The notes: generated from the sequence alone by a model not told the origin. A DNA stretch of 64,000 nucleotides from Candidatus Bathyarchaeota archaeon (GCA_963715865.1 OY970280.1:2112001-2176000); one strand, 5' to 3'; shown: positions 10,607 through 22,213, counted from the stretch's first letter. Numbers and translations: made by a program.

Positions 10607-11731
10607 ATGGTTAGTGGAAAAAGAATCTTTTCAGATTTCAAAGTCTTCAGCCGCGGATACTTAAGAAACAGGTTTGGATTATTCTTCGGATTAATATTCC
10701 CAGTAATTTTAATCTTGATTTTCGGCGCAATTTTTTCAGGCAGGTCTCAGGAACAATTAATGTTTATGCGCAAAACCAAGACACTGGACCGTTTGCTGTC
10801 ACCACAAATGGATATAGCTTCACAGTTTTTAAATGCGCTTAACAGTTCAAGCACAATCAGAGTCATAACAGTGAATGCTTCAGAGGACTTTTCAAAGTAC
10901 CTAGCTGCTCATTCATCATCTGACGGCATAGTTATTCCTGAAAACTTCTCTGCTAACTATTTGGCAGGCAATCAGGTGAACGTAACAGTTTACGGTAATC
11001 CAACATCAAGCACCAGCGGCATCGTAAGTGGAACAGTTAATGGAGTTATCAAACTATTTCAACCTGAACTATTACAAACAAAACGCCATACCCATCATCG
11101 GCATAACCCAGACTACGGTTAACACTCAGCAAACAAAATACATTGACTTTCTAATTCCAGGCTTGATTGGTTTTTCCATACTTGTAAGCCCAATGTTCTC
11201 TCTGGTTAACATTTCCTCAGAATACAAGAAGACAAAACTGTTCAAGCAACTATCGCTTACACCGCTGACAAAAATGGAGTGGCTAGCCTCTAAGGTGCTT
11301 TGGTACATTGTTTTGACAATCGCAAGCTTTCTGCTCATGGTTGGCGTGGGAATCTTTGCTGTTCGGTGCACACGTCACCTTAACCGTTTGGCTCATACCC
11401 TTCCTAGTTTTGGGTCCAATGCTTTTCGCTTCACTAGGCATGCTTGTTGGAACAGTAACAAAGAACCCTGAAACTGCAGGCGTAATAGGCAACATAGTGA
11501 CTTTTCCAATGATGTTCCTTTCGGGCACATTCTTCCCCATCAGCATCATGCCACAATACTTGCAGACCATCGCTCACGTGCTGCCACTATTCTACATAAT
11601 TGAGGGCTTAAACAACGTCATGGTTTACGGAAACTACATGGGAGCAGTAATTGACCTTGCAGTCGTCGCAGTCATAACAGCCGTAATCTTCGTTGCTGGC
11701 AGTTAGACTGTTCAAGTGGAGAGAAGACTAA
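10607..11731 (+). CDS. ABC-2 type transporter permease, several frameshifts
   Basis: ORFs 10607-11122, 11028-11471 and 11341-11706 together give ABC-2 motifs (YIDFLIPGLIG, FLSGTFFP, LPLFYII). Confidence 0.85.
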
Positions 11732-11759
11732 ACCACAAACTTTTCACTTTTTTCAAGTG

Positions 11760-12360
11760 CTATTTACACGTTTTAAGTAAACTCAAAACTTTTGAATACA
11801 GTGCATCTGCTACTGCATCTTTTGGTTTGTCACCATCTATCCTGATAAGCTCACCTTTCTCAACGAACTTAAGGTAGACTTCTCGAACTTTTTGCTGTAT
11901 TTCTAAAGTTTCCATCACAGACTTCTTTCTCTGCAAACGCTCCAGCACTCGTTCTGGAGAAACATCGATAAAAATGCCGAAATCTGGCTGCAAAGCATGA
12001 GAGTTAATTGTTTTAATCCAATCTAAGCTAAGACCAGCACTGCCTTGGTAGGCTAAAGACGAGTAAATGTAGCGGTCGCAGATTACCAGTTTCCCTTCGG
12101 CTAAAGCGGGTATTATCTCGTTTTCTATGTGCTCAATGCGGTCTGCGGCAAACAGTAATGCTTCAGCTTCTGTTGGCAGACGTTTTTCTTCGTAAAGGCA
12201 GCATTCTCGGATGAAAGTGCCTATTTTGCCATGGCTAGGTTCTGAAGTGTAAACTGCATTGTAGCTTTTGTGAGAGCCTTTCGGTAAGTAGTTCTGCCTG
12301 TGTGGTTTTTCCGCTTCCGTCTAAGCCTTCGATGCAGATGAAAACGCCTTTCTTACCCAT
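11760..12360 (-). CDS. tmk: Thymidylate kinase (frameshift near 12270)
   Basis: From ATG 12360: FICIEGLDGSGKTTQA; then EP, LLFAADR, ICDRYIYSSLAYQG and PDFGIFIDV. Confidence 0.92.
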
Positions 12361-12431
12361 GTTTTTCAACTCGGCTGGTTAGCGTTACACATTATAGGGA
12401 GATACATAAATATAACTTACAACTGCGAGGC

Positions 12432-13717
12432 TTGCTTGTGCCTAAGGCTTACTGGGGAGAAATAAAGGATCCCGTACACGGGTACGTGTACATTACCGAA
12501 GCAGAAAAAAACATTATTGATTCGTATCCAATGCAGCGACTAAGGCGACTGCGGCAACTGGCAGGTTCAGAATACGTTTACCCAGGCGCCAACCACACAC
12601 GTTTTGAACACTGTGTCGGCGTCATGTATTTGGCAGGCAAAGTTTTGGAGAACCCTAACATTTCACGCGTCGTAAGCGATGAAGAAGTGGACATGTGCAG
12701 GATTTCAGCGTTGCTTCATGACGCTGGACATGGACCTTTCTCGCATGTTTTTGAGCAATTACTGATAAAAGAATTGGAAAAAACGCATGAGGACATCACT
12801 TCATGGATTATTGAGAAAAGCGAAGTAGGCGATAAACTATCAAAGATGGGTTACAAGCCTCAAGAGGTAGCAGGACTTGCCGTTGGAAAACTGCATAAGC
12901 CAGGCAAAGCGTTTCTTGACCAAATAATAAGCAGCGCCGTGGACGTTGACAAGCAGGACTTCATCGTCCGAGATACTTATCACACTGGCGCTGAGTACGG
13001 TTTCATCGAGTTTTCCGTCTTATACATGCGCTTGATGTTTTAGGCGAAAATTTAGCCGTAGAACTCGGTGCCCTGTCAGCGTTGGAAGCGTTCATGATTG
13101 CTAGGATTGAATCGTTTAAGAGCATTTATTTCCACCGTGTTGGCAGAGCAGCGCAGATTATGCTGGCGACCGCCATGGAAAAAGCAAACAGCGAGTTAGG
13201 GTTGACGGCGTTTAAGACGCCTGAAGAGTATTTGGCGCTGGATGACTACACGGTTTGGTCAGCCCTCAAAAAATGTGAAGCATCCAAAGGAATAATTGGC
13301 AACCTAGAAAGGCGCAGAATGCTAAAATGCGCTTATGAGCGAACTTTCTACGAGAAGGACACTATGATATCGAATATTTTTGGTCGCGAATCATACAGGC
13401 GCCAAATGCAGAGTGAAATCGCCAAGGAAGCAGGCGTCGGCATTGAATCAGTGATAATTGACGTGCCCACGGTGCCATCCGTACCTTATCACCATGCGGT
13501 ACTTATGGAGTCGATGGAGATTCCTGTTTTCACAAGAAACCAAGCGGGCGAGAAAACGCTGCAGCGGCTAAGTGAGATTTCAAAGATTTTTGAAACACTC
13601 AAAGGCTTCATGAATATACTACGCGTGTACACTGATGCAGCTGACCGTGAAAAAGTGGAGAAGGCAACCGCTAAAATCTTGGGCAAAATTCCATCCGCAG
13701 CAAAAATCTCGTTTTAA
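12432..13717 (+). CDS. HD-domain phosphohydrolase, SAMHD1/dGTPase-like (frameshift near 13010)
   Basis: IKDPVHG, QRLRRLRQL, YPGANHTRFEH, LLHDAGHGPFSH, DVDKQDFIVRD, IYFHR. Confidence 0.9.
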
Positions 13718-13919
13718 CGCTTTTTCTTAAATACTAGTCATGCTTAAGAAGAAAATAGAGAGAGCTTTAGATAGCGCATGGAAAGGGAGCAATGGTGTCG
13801 AAAGAAACTAAAGATAATCTGAAGACAAGAAAATTATAAGTGTCAGAATTAAAAGAAAAACTGAACCAAAGGCAGAGCCTGCTTTACTTTTCAGTCAAAA
13901 AGAGATTCGAAGATTCGTC

Positions 13920-14321
13920 ATGGAATTCGTTTCTTCATGGATAAGAGGAGACATCATAATCCGTTTCCCAACAGCAGCTGAACTAGCCAAAAAGACCCCG
14001 CTAAGCATTGCATTTCCAACTGACCCTTCGGTTAACGCTGAACTAAAAATTAAAGAACACTATGTGGACCAGTTATCCATAATTGCTGGAATAAAACCCG
14101 CTTCCGCTGATGAGCAAGAAAAAGCCATATCTGAAGTTTTCAAAATGCTGCTAATGTTCCGCTCAGCAAACAGAATCGAAGGCAAAATCATCTCAAATGA
14201 CCTAGAAAAAAGAATCGAAGAACTAGAAAAAACGGCAAAAAACCAGGGCAAACTTGTTGAGCAGATAACTGGATTTTTGTTTAAACCAAAAAGCCAAAAC
14301 AAGAAAGCCCAAGCTAGCTAA
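13920..14321 (+). CDS. Hypothetical protein with C-terminal coiled coil (true start possibly upstream)
   Basis: 133 aa ORF; LEKRIEELEK coiled-coil segment. Confidence 0.55.
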   Translation: MEFVSSWIRGDIIIRFPTAAELAKKTPLSIAFPTDPSVNAELKIKEHYVDQLSIIAGIKPASADEQEKAISEVFKMLLMFRSANRIEGKIISNDLEKRIEELEKTAKNQGKLVEQITGFLFKPKSQNKKAQAS

Positions 14322-14391
14322 AAGCCTGATTCTGGAAGGGTAAGGTTTATTCGAGTGAAAAAGCATTCTGCTTGATGCTTTTAAGCAAAGG

Positions 14392-14469
14392 GCTCCGGTA
14401 GTATAGTCCGGTCAAGTATTCCGGCCTTTCGAGCCGGCGACCCGGGTCCGAATCCCGGCCGGAGCACCA
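14392..14469 (+). tRNA. tRNA-Glu(TTC)
   Basis: GCTCCGG/CCGGAGC acceptor stem, CCGGC-CTTTCGA-GCCGG anticodon arm, CCA encoded. Confidence 0.95.
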
Positions 14470-14652
14470 ATTATTCTACAATCGAACGCACAAAACATCC
14501 CAAATGATAATCGTTAACATCAACCATACAAGTCCTAACCGATTGGTTAGCAACAAAAAAAGTATTTCAGGGAAGGAGCTAAATAGTCTTCACTGAGCAA
14601 TATAGTTTTTAACAAGGCATTAACGCAAAACAAATGAAGGAGAAAAATCACT

Positions 14653-16189
14653 TTGACTACTAACGCCATAAATTCAGTTTACAAGCAACTTTTAGCAAAA
14701 ACTGAAGATCTAATGGTGCTACAAACAGCTGAAGGCATAATCCACTGGGACATGGAAACCATGATGCCCCCAGGAGCAGTAGAGCAACGAAGCCAACAGT
14801 TGTCATTGCTAAGTCGGATTCATCATAAAATGAGCACTGACCCAGAAATAGGAAAACTCTTGAACACCATACAAGCAAGCTCCGAATATGAAGCGCTCGG
14901 CCAAGCGGAAAAACGCAACATTTACCTAATCCAAAAAAGCTACCGAGAACAAACTAGTTTGCCTGAAAAACTAGTGGCTGACCTTGCCAAGCAAGAAGTA
15001 ATAACGGTAAATGTTTGGAAAAAAGCTAAAGCCCAAAAAAACTTCAACCTCTTCAAAGCTGACCTGCAAAAACTTTTAGATTTAAGCAAGCAAGCTGCAG
15101 AAATTCTTATGAAAGTTAAGGAAACCAAAACGTCATATGAAGCGGCGATTGATAATTTCGAACCTAAAATGACTGCGGATCAGATTACGGCAACGTTTAG
15201 TCAACTTCAGCAGGGCTTAAAACAGCTAATAGGTAAAATTCAAGCTATCCCAAACAAGCCAGATACAGCAATACTTTATTTGCCAGTTCCAGCGGAGAAC
15301 CAACGCCAAATCGCTCAACTCTTAACACAAACATTAGGCTACGACACTACCTCGCCTGCGGCGCATGGAAGAATTGATGAGACAGAACATCCCTTTACCA
15401 CAGGCTACTATGACGATGTACGCATAACCACGCATTATCACCTAAACAATTATGCAAACTCAATCTTCTCCGTACTTCATGAGACAGGACATGCGCTCTA
15501 CGAGCAGAACCTCAACCCAAAATGGAAGTATCAACCAATAGGTTCCACATGCTCCTATGGTGTACATGAGTCGCAATCACGCTTTTATGAAAACGTAATA
15601 GGCCGCTCGAAAGAGTTCTGGTCAAGCTTTATGCCTAAACTCAAAAAAGCAGCCCCAGACCTTGCCAATGTTGAATTAGACCAGTTTGTCCACGCTATCA
15701 ACAAGGTTGAACCGTCAAAAATCCGCATTGAAGCCGATGAGGTAACATACAACTTGCATGTGATTATACGCTTTGAAATTGAAAGAGACCTTTTCGCCGA
15801 TAAAATCGACAGTCAACGAGCTCCCTGAGGTATGGAATCAGAAATACACTGATTATCTTGGCGTAAAAGTTGAAAATGACTCTGAAGGAGTAATGCAGGA
15901 CACGCATTGGGCAAGCGGATTATACGGTTATTTCCCAAGCTACACGCTAGGCAACATTTACAGTGGACAAATAACCGCTTCAATCACCAAAGACCTCCCG
16001 AACTGGCGCAACCAACTCTCACAAGGAAAACTAAACCTCGTTAACGATTGGCTAAAAAGAAACATTTACAGTCAAGGAGACCTCTATGACCCAGAAGAGC
16101 TCATCAAGAAAGCAACTGGAAGAAATTTGGATTCTGAACCCTACTTACAATACCTAAATGAAAAATACGGCAATCTTTATGGCTTTTGA
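14653..16189 (+). CDS. Carboxypeptidase M32 (Taq-type), frameshift near 15790
   Basis: HPFT, DVRITT, HETGH (HExxH), HESQS, IRIEADEVTY, GVMQDTHW, YFPSYTLG. Confidence 0.93.
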
Positions 16190-16392
16190 ACGGGCGTTTT
16201 CTTTGTCAATTCCTTGTATATGTAAATAATAAGGTAGGCTGCGATTGCGCCGATGAATAAGTAAACGCCAATGTAACCGATAATTGTATTATAAGTGTTG
16301 GCGCCGTATAGGAAGAGCAAAAAACCCAATACGAATATGCCTAAACATGCCCAGTCAGTCCAAGACATCCGGATTGCCTCATAATGAAGCAT
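16177..16392 (-). CDS. Small two-TM membrane protein
   Basis: Two hydrophobic helices and a basic tail. Confidence 0.6.
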   Translation of the reverse strand: MLHYEAIRMSWTDWACLGIFVLGFLLFLYGANTYNTIIGYIGVYLFIGAIAAYLIIYIYKELTKKTPVQKP

Positions 16393-16586
16393 TCAATAAA
16401 ACTTTAAGGTATATAGATTTACCGATAAACTTTTCTCAAGGACACCGTTTACCGCTTCCCCAAAGAAAAACAAACATTGATCGACAACCTACCGCTAAAA
16501 TCAGACCGACCATCCTTAATGCCTTTTCAACCTTCCGACACTTTTATATATAAGATGAGATAGAGAGAGCGCTGAGGCTAAAATAA

Positions 16587-18029
16587 ATGTCGGGAGCAGA
16601 TGTTAAAAAGCCAGAAACTCGAGAAGAATTTATTAAAATGTTGACTGAAGCAGCAAAAAAAGAAGTTGGCTCAAAAAATAAGCCGACAAAACCGACAATC
16701 GTCGGAACAGCAAAAGAAATAGACATTCACAGGGATACACTTTACACATGGTTAAAGGAGTTCAATGTCGATTTCAAAGAGATTGTTGACCGTATACCGA
16801 CAGTGGTTGCTGACGTCGCTGACGAAAAATCAGGAAGCACTTACTTAATCGGTGAATCTTTGGTTGGAGAAGGAAACGAAGTAGCACACATCGATCTGAT
16901 GATAGGCGACAAAAATGGCCCAGTTGGCCAAGCGTTCGCTAATGGCATGACAAGTCTATCAGCCGGCCATACGCCACTGCTCGCAGTTATAAGACCTAAT
17001 TTGCCGCCGAAACCCCACACACTAATAGTGCCTAAAGTAACCATTAAGAACATGGAGGACACAGGAAAAATTTTTGGCCCCGCACAAGCCGCAGTTGCCA
17101 AAGCTATCGCTGATTCTGCAGAAGAAGGAATCATCCCCGCAGACAAACTTGATGAGTGGGTTATCATTTGCAGCGTGTTTGTTCATCCAAAAGCAAGCGA
17201 TTACCGAAGAATATACCAGTACAATTACGGCGCAACAAAAATGGCGCTGCAACGAGCATTAAAGAAGTACCCATCACTTGAAAAGATAATCTATGATAAA
17301 GACCGTGCAAAGCATCCGATAATGGGCTTCAAAGTTCCACGCTTATGGAGACCCCCATACCTGCAGATTTCAATGGACGCACCCGAGCTTGAGAAAACCA
17401 AGAAAATCCTCGCTCAACTTCCAGGAAGTGACAGAATTATCATTGAAGCCGGAACACCACTAATCAAACGTTACGGAACAAGAGTGATCAATGACCTGAG
17501 ACAAGTAGCGAAAGACTCGTTCATAGTTGCAGACCTAAAAACGCTCGACGTTGGAAAAGTCGAAGTGGACATAGCCTATGAAGATACCGCAGATGCAGTG
17601 GTTGCTGCTGGATTAGCGCCACCTGAAACTCTTGATGCATTCGTACATGAAGCAAAAAGACTTGGAATATACGCTGTCATAGACATGCTAAACGTTGAAG
17701 ATGTTCTTGAAAAACTCAAATCACTCAAAGAATTCCCTGACGTCGTCATATTGCACAGGGGAATCGATCAAGAAAGCGGAAGAACCTGCGGACTTGAACG
17801 TATACAAATGATACGCGAAGCTTTCCCAAACAAAAAATATCTAATCGCTGTTGCAGGCGGAATAGTACCAGAAACAGCCAAAGAAGCCTTAGAAAAAGGC
17901 GCTGACATCCTAATCGTCGGAAGATACGTCACGCAGTCAAAAGATATTGAGCGTTCAGTAAGAGACTTCCTTGAGCTAACGCCAAGCATGCGCGAAGACA
18001 TCGACCTATTCAGAGTCCACACAGAATAA
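16587..18029 (+). CDS. fae-hps: Bifunctional formaldehyde-activating enzyme / 3-hexulose-6-phosphate synthase with extra N-terminal HTH
   Basis: [26 protein letters not shown] and [10 protein letters not shown] (Fae); [21 protein letters not shown] and AVAGGI (Hps). Confidence 0.92.
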   Translation: MSGADVKKPETREEFIKMLTEAAKKEVGSKNKPTKPTIVGTAKEIDIHRDTLYTWLKEFNVDFKEIVDRIPTVVADVADEKSGSTYLIGESLVGEGNEVAHIDLMIGDKNGPVGQAFANGMTSLSAGHTPLLAVIRPNLPPKPHTLIVPKVTIKNMEDTGKIFGPAQAAVAKAIADSAEEGIIPADKLDEWVIICSVFVHPKASDYRRIYQYNYGATKMALQRALKKYPSLEKIIYDKDRAKHPIMGFKVPRLWRPPYLQISMDAPELEKTKKILAQLPGSDRIIIEAGTPLIKRYGTRVINDLRQVAKDSFIVADLKTLDVGKVEVDIAYEDTADAVVAAGLAPPETLDAFVHEAKRLGIYAVIDMLNVEDVLEKLKSLKEFPDVVILHRGIDQESGRTCGLERIQMIREAFPNKKYLIAVAGGIVPETAKEALEKGADILIVGRYVTQSKDIERSVRDFLELTPSMREDIDLFRVHTE

Positions 18030-18038
18030 ACTTGAACC

Positions 18039-18069
18039 CGAGCGAAAGCTCGCTCTTTCTTTTTTCTTT
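18039..18069 (+). terminator. Hairpin plus T-tract terminator of fae-hps
   Basis: CGAGC-GAAA-GCTCG GNRA hairpin followed by CTCTTTCTTTTTTCTTT, 10 nt after the stop codon. Confidence 0.65.
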
Positions 18070-18078
18070 GTTCACGTT

Positions 18079-19308
18079 TTACGAGAACAATTTTAGAGTT
18101 ATGAAGGCAATCAAGAAAACTACAGCGGCAACTAGGAAAGTTGGTAGATAATTCAAGTGTGTAGCAAGGAAAGGTCCAAGGAAGGAGCCTACTGCTGCGC
18201 CTAAGCCGACGAGCCCGTCGAAAAAGCCTGTTTTTCCCTCAGGTATAAGCTCCATTGAAAGGGAAAGCATCATAATATAGTACATGGCATACGCGAAGCC
18301 GATGAAAATTAGAAAAATCCCAGTCAGGATCGTAGGTGAAAAAGCAAACTCAATAACGCCCACGAAGGCAAAAATGAGGAGGCTTCGTAAGAGCACAAAG
18401 CGCGGCATTTGTTTTCTTATATCCATCGTTCTTGCCCGGCCACGAATTAAAAAGTAACCCGCTGTTGCCCCAACCGAGTTTAGAATGTATGCGAAGTATA
18501 CCATAGACTGCTGCCCGCCAAAAAGTCCTTTTAGATATATTGGTAGCGGCGTAAAGAAGAGGCTTGATGCAAGAGAAAACATCACTATTGCCAAGGCAAA
18601 CCCAAGAAAACTATCTTCTTTAAGCGAACCATCCCAGCGCAATCCATCCATAAGCCTAGATGAGGATTCTACGCCACGATAGGTGTAATCTATCCTTCTC
18701 TCTATGCCTACTAAGCGCCTTTCAAAAATCATCAATGGGTCGGCAATAAGCAATATGGATAAGACGAATGCAGTCACACTCAAGCCACTGCAAAGATACA
18801 GAGTGTAAGTTGACAAAGTAGCAATGCTAAGACTCGATGCAAACGCGAATAATCCAATGGCTAGACCAACAATGAAGCCGATTTCTGTGAGCCCCTCATA
18901 AAAGCCGTAGGATTTTTCCCAGTCATCGCGGCTATAATGCTCGGCGATAAGCACGTTTTTGGGCGATTCGTGTGCTACATGGAGCATTTGCATGACAACA
19001 TACAAGACAACAAATAGAAGGATGTTTTGGGCAAATGGAAGCGTCATAAGGAAGAGAATAACCGCTGACGAAAGGAAAGAAAGAAGAATAAACACTTTGT
19101 AATGTCTCGTGGCGTCACAAAGGTACCCCCATAGGAACGAGGCAGGAATGGAGCAGAATATGGCGATTGACGTCATGACTCCCAGAGCAACCAGCGGCCC
19201 ACCTAGGATGCTGGTGTTTTTGAAAGCTACCACGTACAGCGGTATGAAGACGCTTAGTAATCCGAACGCTATCTCGTGAAAGAAGAACCCTAGCCGCCAC
19301 ATAGCCAA
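18079..19308 (-). CDS. MFS transporter
   Basis: About 12 TM segments, WGYLCDATRHYK loop-2 motif. Confidence 0.85.
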   Translation of the reverse strand: MAMWRLGFFFHEIAFGLLSVFIPLYVVAFKNTSILGGPLVALGVMTSIAIFCSIPASFLWGYLCDATRHYKVFILLSFLSSAVILFLMTLPFAQNILLFVVLYVVMQMLHVAHESPKNVLIAEHYSRDDWEKSYGFYEGLTEIGFIVGLAIGLFAFASSLSIATLSTYTLYLCSGLSVTAFVLSILLIADPLMIFERRLVGIERRIDYTYRGVESSSRLMDGLRWDGSLKEDSFLGFALAIVMFSLASSLFFTPLPIYLKGLFGGQQSMVYFAYILNSVGATAGYFLIRGRARTMDIRKQMPRFVLLRSLLIFAFVGVIEFAFSPTILTGIFLIFIGFAYAMYYIMMLSLSMELIPEGKTGFFDGLVGLGAAVGSFLGPFLATHLNYLPTFLVAAVVFLIAFITLKLFS

Positions 19309-19449
19309 AGGACGACTTCAAAGCTAAATTAAAACGTTTACCTGAATAATCTTAACTCATTTAAAAGGTAGGCATAGAGACAACATTTTTCATAAATCCT
19401 TAATAGAGAGTTGCCCAACTTCATACTCCGCTGGAGAGTTAATCAGCAA

Positions 19450-19842
19450 ATGGCAAAGTTTAAGATAATAGTATCCGATCCAGAAGCAGGAACTTCAAAA
19501 GTTGTTGAGCTTGAAGAAGCACGGGCAGTACCGTTCATTGGTAGAAGAATTGGCGAAATAATCGATGGCGCAGTAGTAGATTTACCAGCGCATAAAGTGC
19601 AAATAATGGGCGGCTCCGACAAAGATGGCGTCCCCATGAGAGGAAACGTTCATGGTGGCGTTCGCCGAAATGTTGTGCTTAGCGGTGGAGCGGGCTTTAG
19701 CCCTAAGAAAAAAGGAGAAAGAAAACGTAAAGCAGTTCGAGGAAGCACAATAACAGATGAAATCGTGCAGATTAACATGAAAATTGTTGAAAAACCAGCC
19801 GCAAAAGCAACTGAAGCCAAAGCTCAACAAGCTGCAAAATAA
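19450..19842 (+). CDS. rps6e: 30S ribosomal protein S6e (eS6)
   Basis: FKIIVSDP, GGSDKDGVPM, GERKRKAVRG. Confidence 0.96.
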   Translation: MAKFKIIVSDPEAGTSKVVELEEARAVPFIGRRIGEIIDGAVVDLPAHKVQIMGGSDKDGVPMRGNVHGGVRRNVVLSGGAGFSPKKKGERKRKAVRGSTITDEIVQINMKIVEKPAAKATEAKAQQAAK

Positions 19843-19935
19843 GCACCAATTTGATGAAGTACATGCTTAAAACTTATAAACTTCCATAATTAATTCTTCC
19901 ATAATTCATCAGATTTATGTAAGAAGAAGAATAAC

Positions 19936-21186
19936 ATGAGTAACACTAGTAAAGCCTTGCCTAAGCAGCCAGAAGTCAACATCGGCACCATAGGCCACGT
20001 GGACCATGGGAAAACAACACTGGTGCAAGCATTAACTGGCGTTTGGGCGTCAAGGCATAGCGAAGAACTCAAAAGAGGCATCACCATAAAACTGGGCTAT
20101 GCGGACATGCCAATTTACAAGTGCCCAAAATGCGAGCCTCCAAAAAACTATACAGTTAAGCCTTATTGTGAAGGCTGTAATTCTGAAGCAGAATTTGTTC
20201 GAGCTATAAGTTTTGTTGACGCACCAGGGCATGAAGCGTTAATGGCTACTATGCTTTCTGGTGCAGCCATAATGGATGGCGCGATTTTGGTTATTGCAGC
20301 TGATGAGCCGTGTCCTCAACCGCAGACACGAGAGCACCTTGCAGCTGCTGAAGTTAGCGGCATAAAGAATTTGATTATTGTTCAGAACAAGATTGACATT
20401 GTAGATGAGAAAAGAGCGCTAGAAAGCTATAAAGAAATCAAAAACTTCGTTAAGGGCACAGTGGCCGAGAAGGCGCCGATTATTCCAATCTCAGCTCAGC
20501 GTGGAATAAACATTGACGTGCTGCTTGGCGCTATTGAAACAATTATTCCTTCGCCGAAGAGGGATGAAACCAAGCCGCCGCTCATGTATATTGTTCGCTC
20601 TTTTGACGTTAACAAGCCTGGAACCGCCATTGAGGAGCTGGAAGGCGGCATCATCGGTGGAACCATAGCTCAAGGAAAATTTGCTGTTGGAGAAGAAATA
20701 GAAATTCGCCCAGGAATCAGCGTTGAAAGAGAAGGCAAAACCGTTTACGACCCATTAATCAGCGAAATAGTTAGTTTGCATGCTGGCGAAGGAAGCGTGA
20801 AAGAAGCCACTTGCGGAGGTCTGGTTGGAGTAGGAACCTTACTGGACCCATCATATTCAAAAGCAGACGGCTTAACAGGCAGCATCGCTGGGAAAGCAGG
20901 AATGCTTCCGCCAACATTGACAGAGCTTACTTTGGAAACTCACGTTTTGGAGAGAGCGGTGGGAACAAAAGAGCTTTTGAAGGTTGAAAAATTTAATCCT
21001 GATGAAGTATTGTTGCTTCATGTTGGTGCCGCCGTGAACGTTGGCAAAGTTGTTTCAATAAAGCAAAACGTGATTAAAGTTAAGTTGACTAGGCCGATTT
21101 GCGCTTTGCCAGATTCCAGAGTTGCCATTAGCAGGAAAATTACTGCTCGTTGGAGACTTATTGGATACGGGCTCATAGTAAAGTAG
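19936..21186 (+). CDS. eif2g: Translation initiation factor 2 gamma subunit (aIF2gamma)
   Basis: GHVDHGKTT, RGITIKLGYA, DAPGHE, NKID, Zn knuckle, WRLIGYG. Confidence 0.98.
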   Translation: MSNTSKALPKQPEVNIGTIGHVDHGKTTLVQALTGVWASRHSEELKRGITIKLGYADMPIYKCPKCEPPKNYTVKPYCEGCNSEAEFVRAISFVDAPGHEALMATMLSGAAIMDGAILVIAADEPCPQPQTREHLAAAEVSGIKNLIIVQNKIDIVDEKRALESYKEIKNFVKGTVAEKAPIIPISAQRGINIDVLLGAIETIIPSPKRDETKPPLMYIVRSFDVNKPGTAIEELEGGIIGGTIAQGKFAVGEEIEIRPGISVEREGKTVYDPLISEIVSLHAGEGSVKEATCGGLVGVGTLLDPSYSKADGLTGSIAGKAGMLPPTLTELTLETHVLERAVGTKELLKVEKFNPDEVLLLHVGAAVNVGKVVSIKQNVIKVKLTRPICALPDSRVAISRKITARWRLIGYGLIVK

Positions 21187-21194
21187 GCAACTGT

Positions 21195-21632
21195 TTATTC
21201 TGTAGGTTTTATTATGCCCGTTTTCTTTAAGAAATCGTGTGCTTTTTGCAATACGTCCTTAGCGTTTTTGAAGGTTAGTTTTTCCATGGCATGCTGGTAG
21301 TCTAGCCAGGCGTAGTCTATGTGCTCGAAGGACAACTGTACTTTATCAGTGTACGCTTCTATTAGGAAGAATACGACTTCTTTGTGGATTGTTAAGCCTT
21401 GCCGCCTGTAAAAGTAAGCGATTGTTTCTTTGAAGCCATCTATGAATTGGGCGTTGGTTATGCTTGTTTCCTCTTTTAGTTCACGAATAACTGTTTCTTT
21501 TTCGCTTTCATTTGGTTCAACATTGCCCTTAACAAAATCCCAATGTCCCGCTTCATAATTGAGAAGAAGATAATCTGTAGAGGCATCTTTTTTTATGAAT
21601 ACTACTGCACCACAAGATTTCTCACGGAGCAT
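21195..21632 (-). CDS. Nudix hydrolase, asymmetric Ap4A hydrolase-like
   Basis: SCGAVVF, GHWDFVKG, Nudix box GNVEPNESEKETVIRELKEET. Confidence 0.88.
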   Translation of the reverse strand: MLREKSCGAVVFIKKDASTDYLLLNYEAGHWDFVKGNVEPNESEKETVIRELKEETSITNAQFIDGFKETIAYFYRRQGLTIHKEVVFFLIEAYTDKVQLSFEHIDYAWLDYQHAMEKLTFKNAKDVLQKAHDFLKKTGIIKPTE

Positions 21633-21788
21633 AAATTCACCTGACTGTTGCTCAATTCATTTACTTAAGGTATTTAAAGTGATAGTAATATCAAGACTAT
21701 GCTGTATCCTATCAAGTGCGAGAAAAATTTTTTGTGAAAATTTTTAAGCACGCAAAATAAACGTTTAAGGAATCAGGAGCCATGCCAA

Positions 21789-22211
21789 GTGTCCGCTTCA
21801 CCTAAGAGAAATGAACCGTTAAAAGTTATTTTGGATTCAAACGCATTATTTGTTCCGCTTAAGTTTAAACTTGATATTTTTGTGGAAGTTGAGCGTTTGT
21901 TGAATCGGAATGTTGATTTTGTTTTGCTTTCGCCTGTTAAACGCGAACTTGAACTTCTCGCCGCGAAGGATTCGCCTAAAATTCGTAGGGGAGCTGTTTA
22001 CGCGTTGAAGCTCGCCGAAAAATGCAGGTACGTTGCAGTTGATGACGATGAAAAGTTGCAAACTGACGATGTTATAGTTAAGGTGGCTAAAGCTTGGAAT
22101 TCGCCTGTGTTTACCAACGATAGGCAATTACGGAGGAGGCTAAGAAATATAAGTGTGCCAGTGATTTATGTGAGACAAAAATCGCGCTTAGAGATTGAAG
22201 GATTGATATAA
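21789..22211 (+). CDS. PIN-domain protein (Fcf1/Utp24-like)
   Basis: VILDSNAL, DDVIV and VFTNDRQLRRRL; conserved position upstream of rpo7. Confidence 0.9.
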   Translation: MSASPKRNEPLKVILDSNALFVPLKFKLDIFVEVERLLNRNVDFVLLSPVKRELELLAAKDSPKIRRGAVYALKLAEKCRYVAVDDDEKLQTDDVIVKVAKAWNSPVFTNDRQLRRRLRNISVPVIYVRQKSRLEIEGLI

Positions 22212-22213
22212 CT

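Noticed and set aside
9627-12360. Pseudogenised ABC transporter and tmk
   Set aside because: Domains are complete once 1-nt indels are corrected and no in-frame stops accumulate; treated as assembly error
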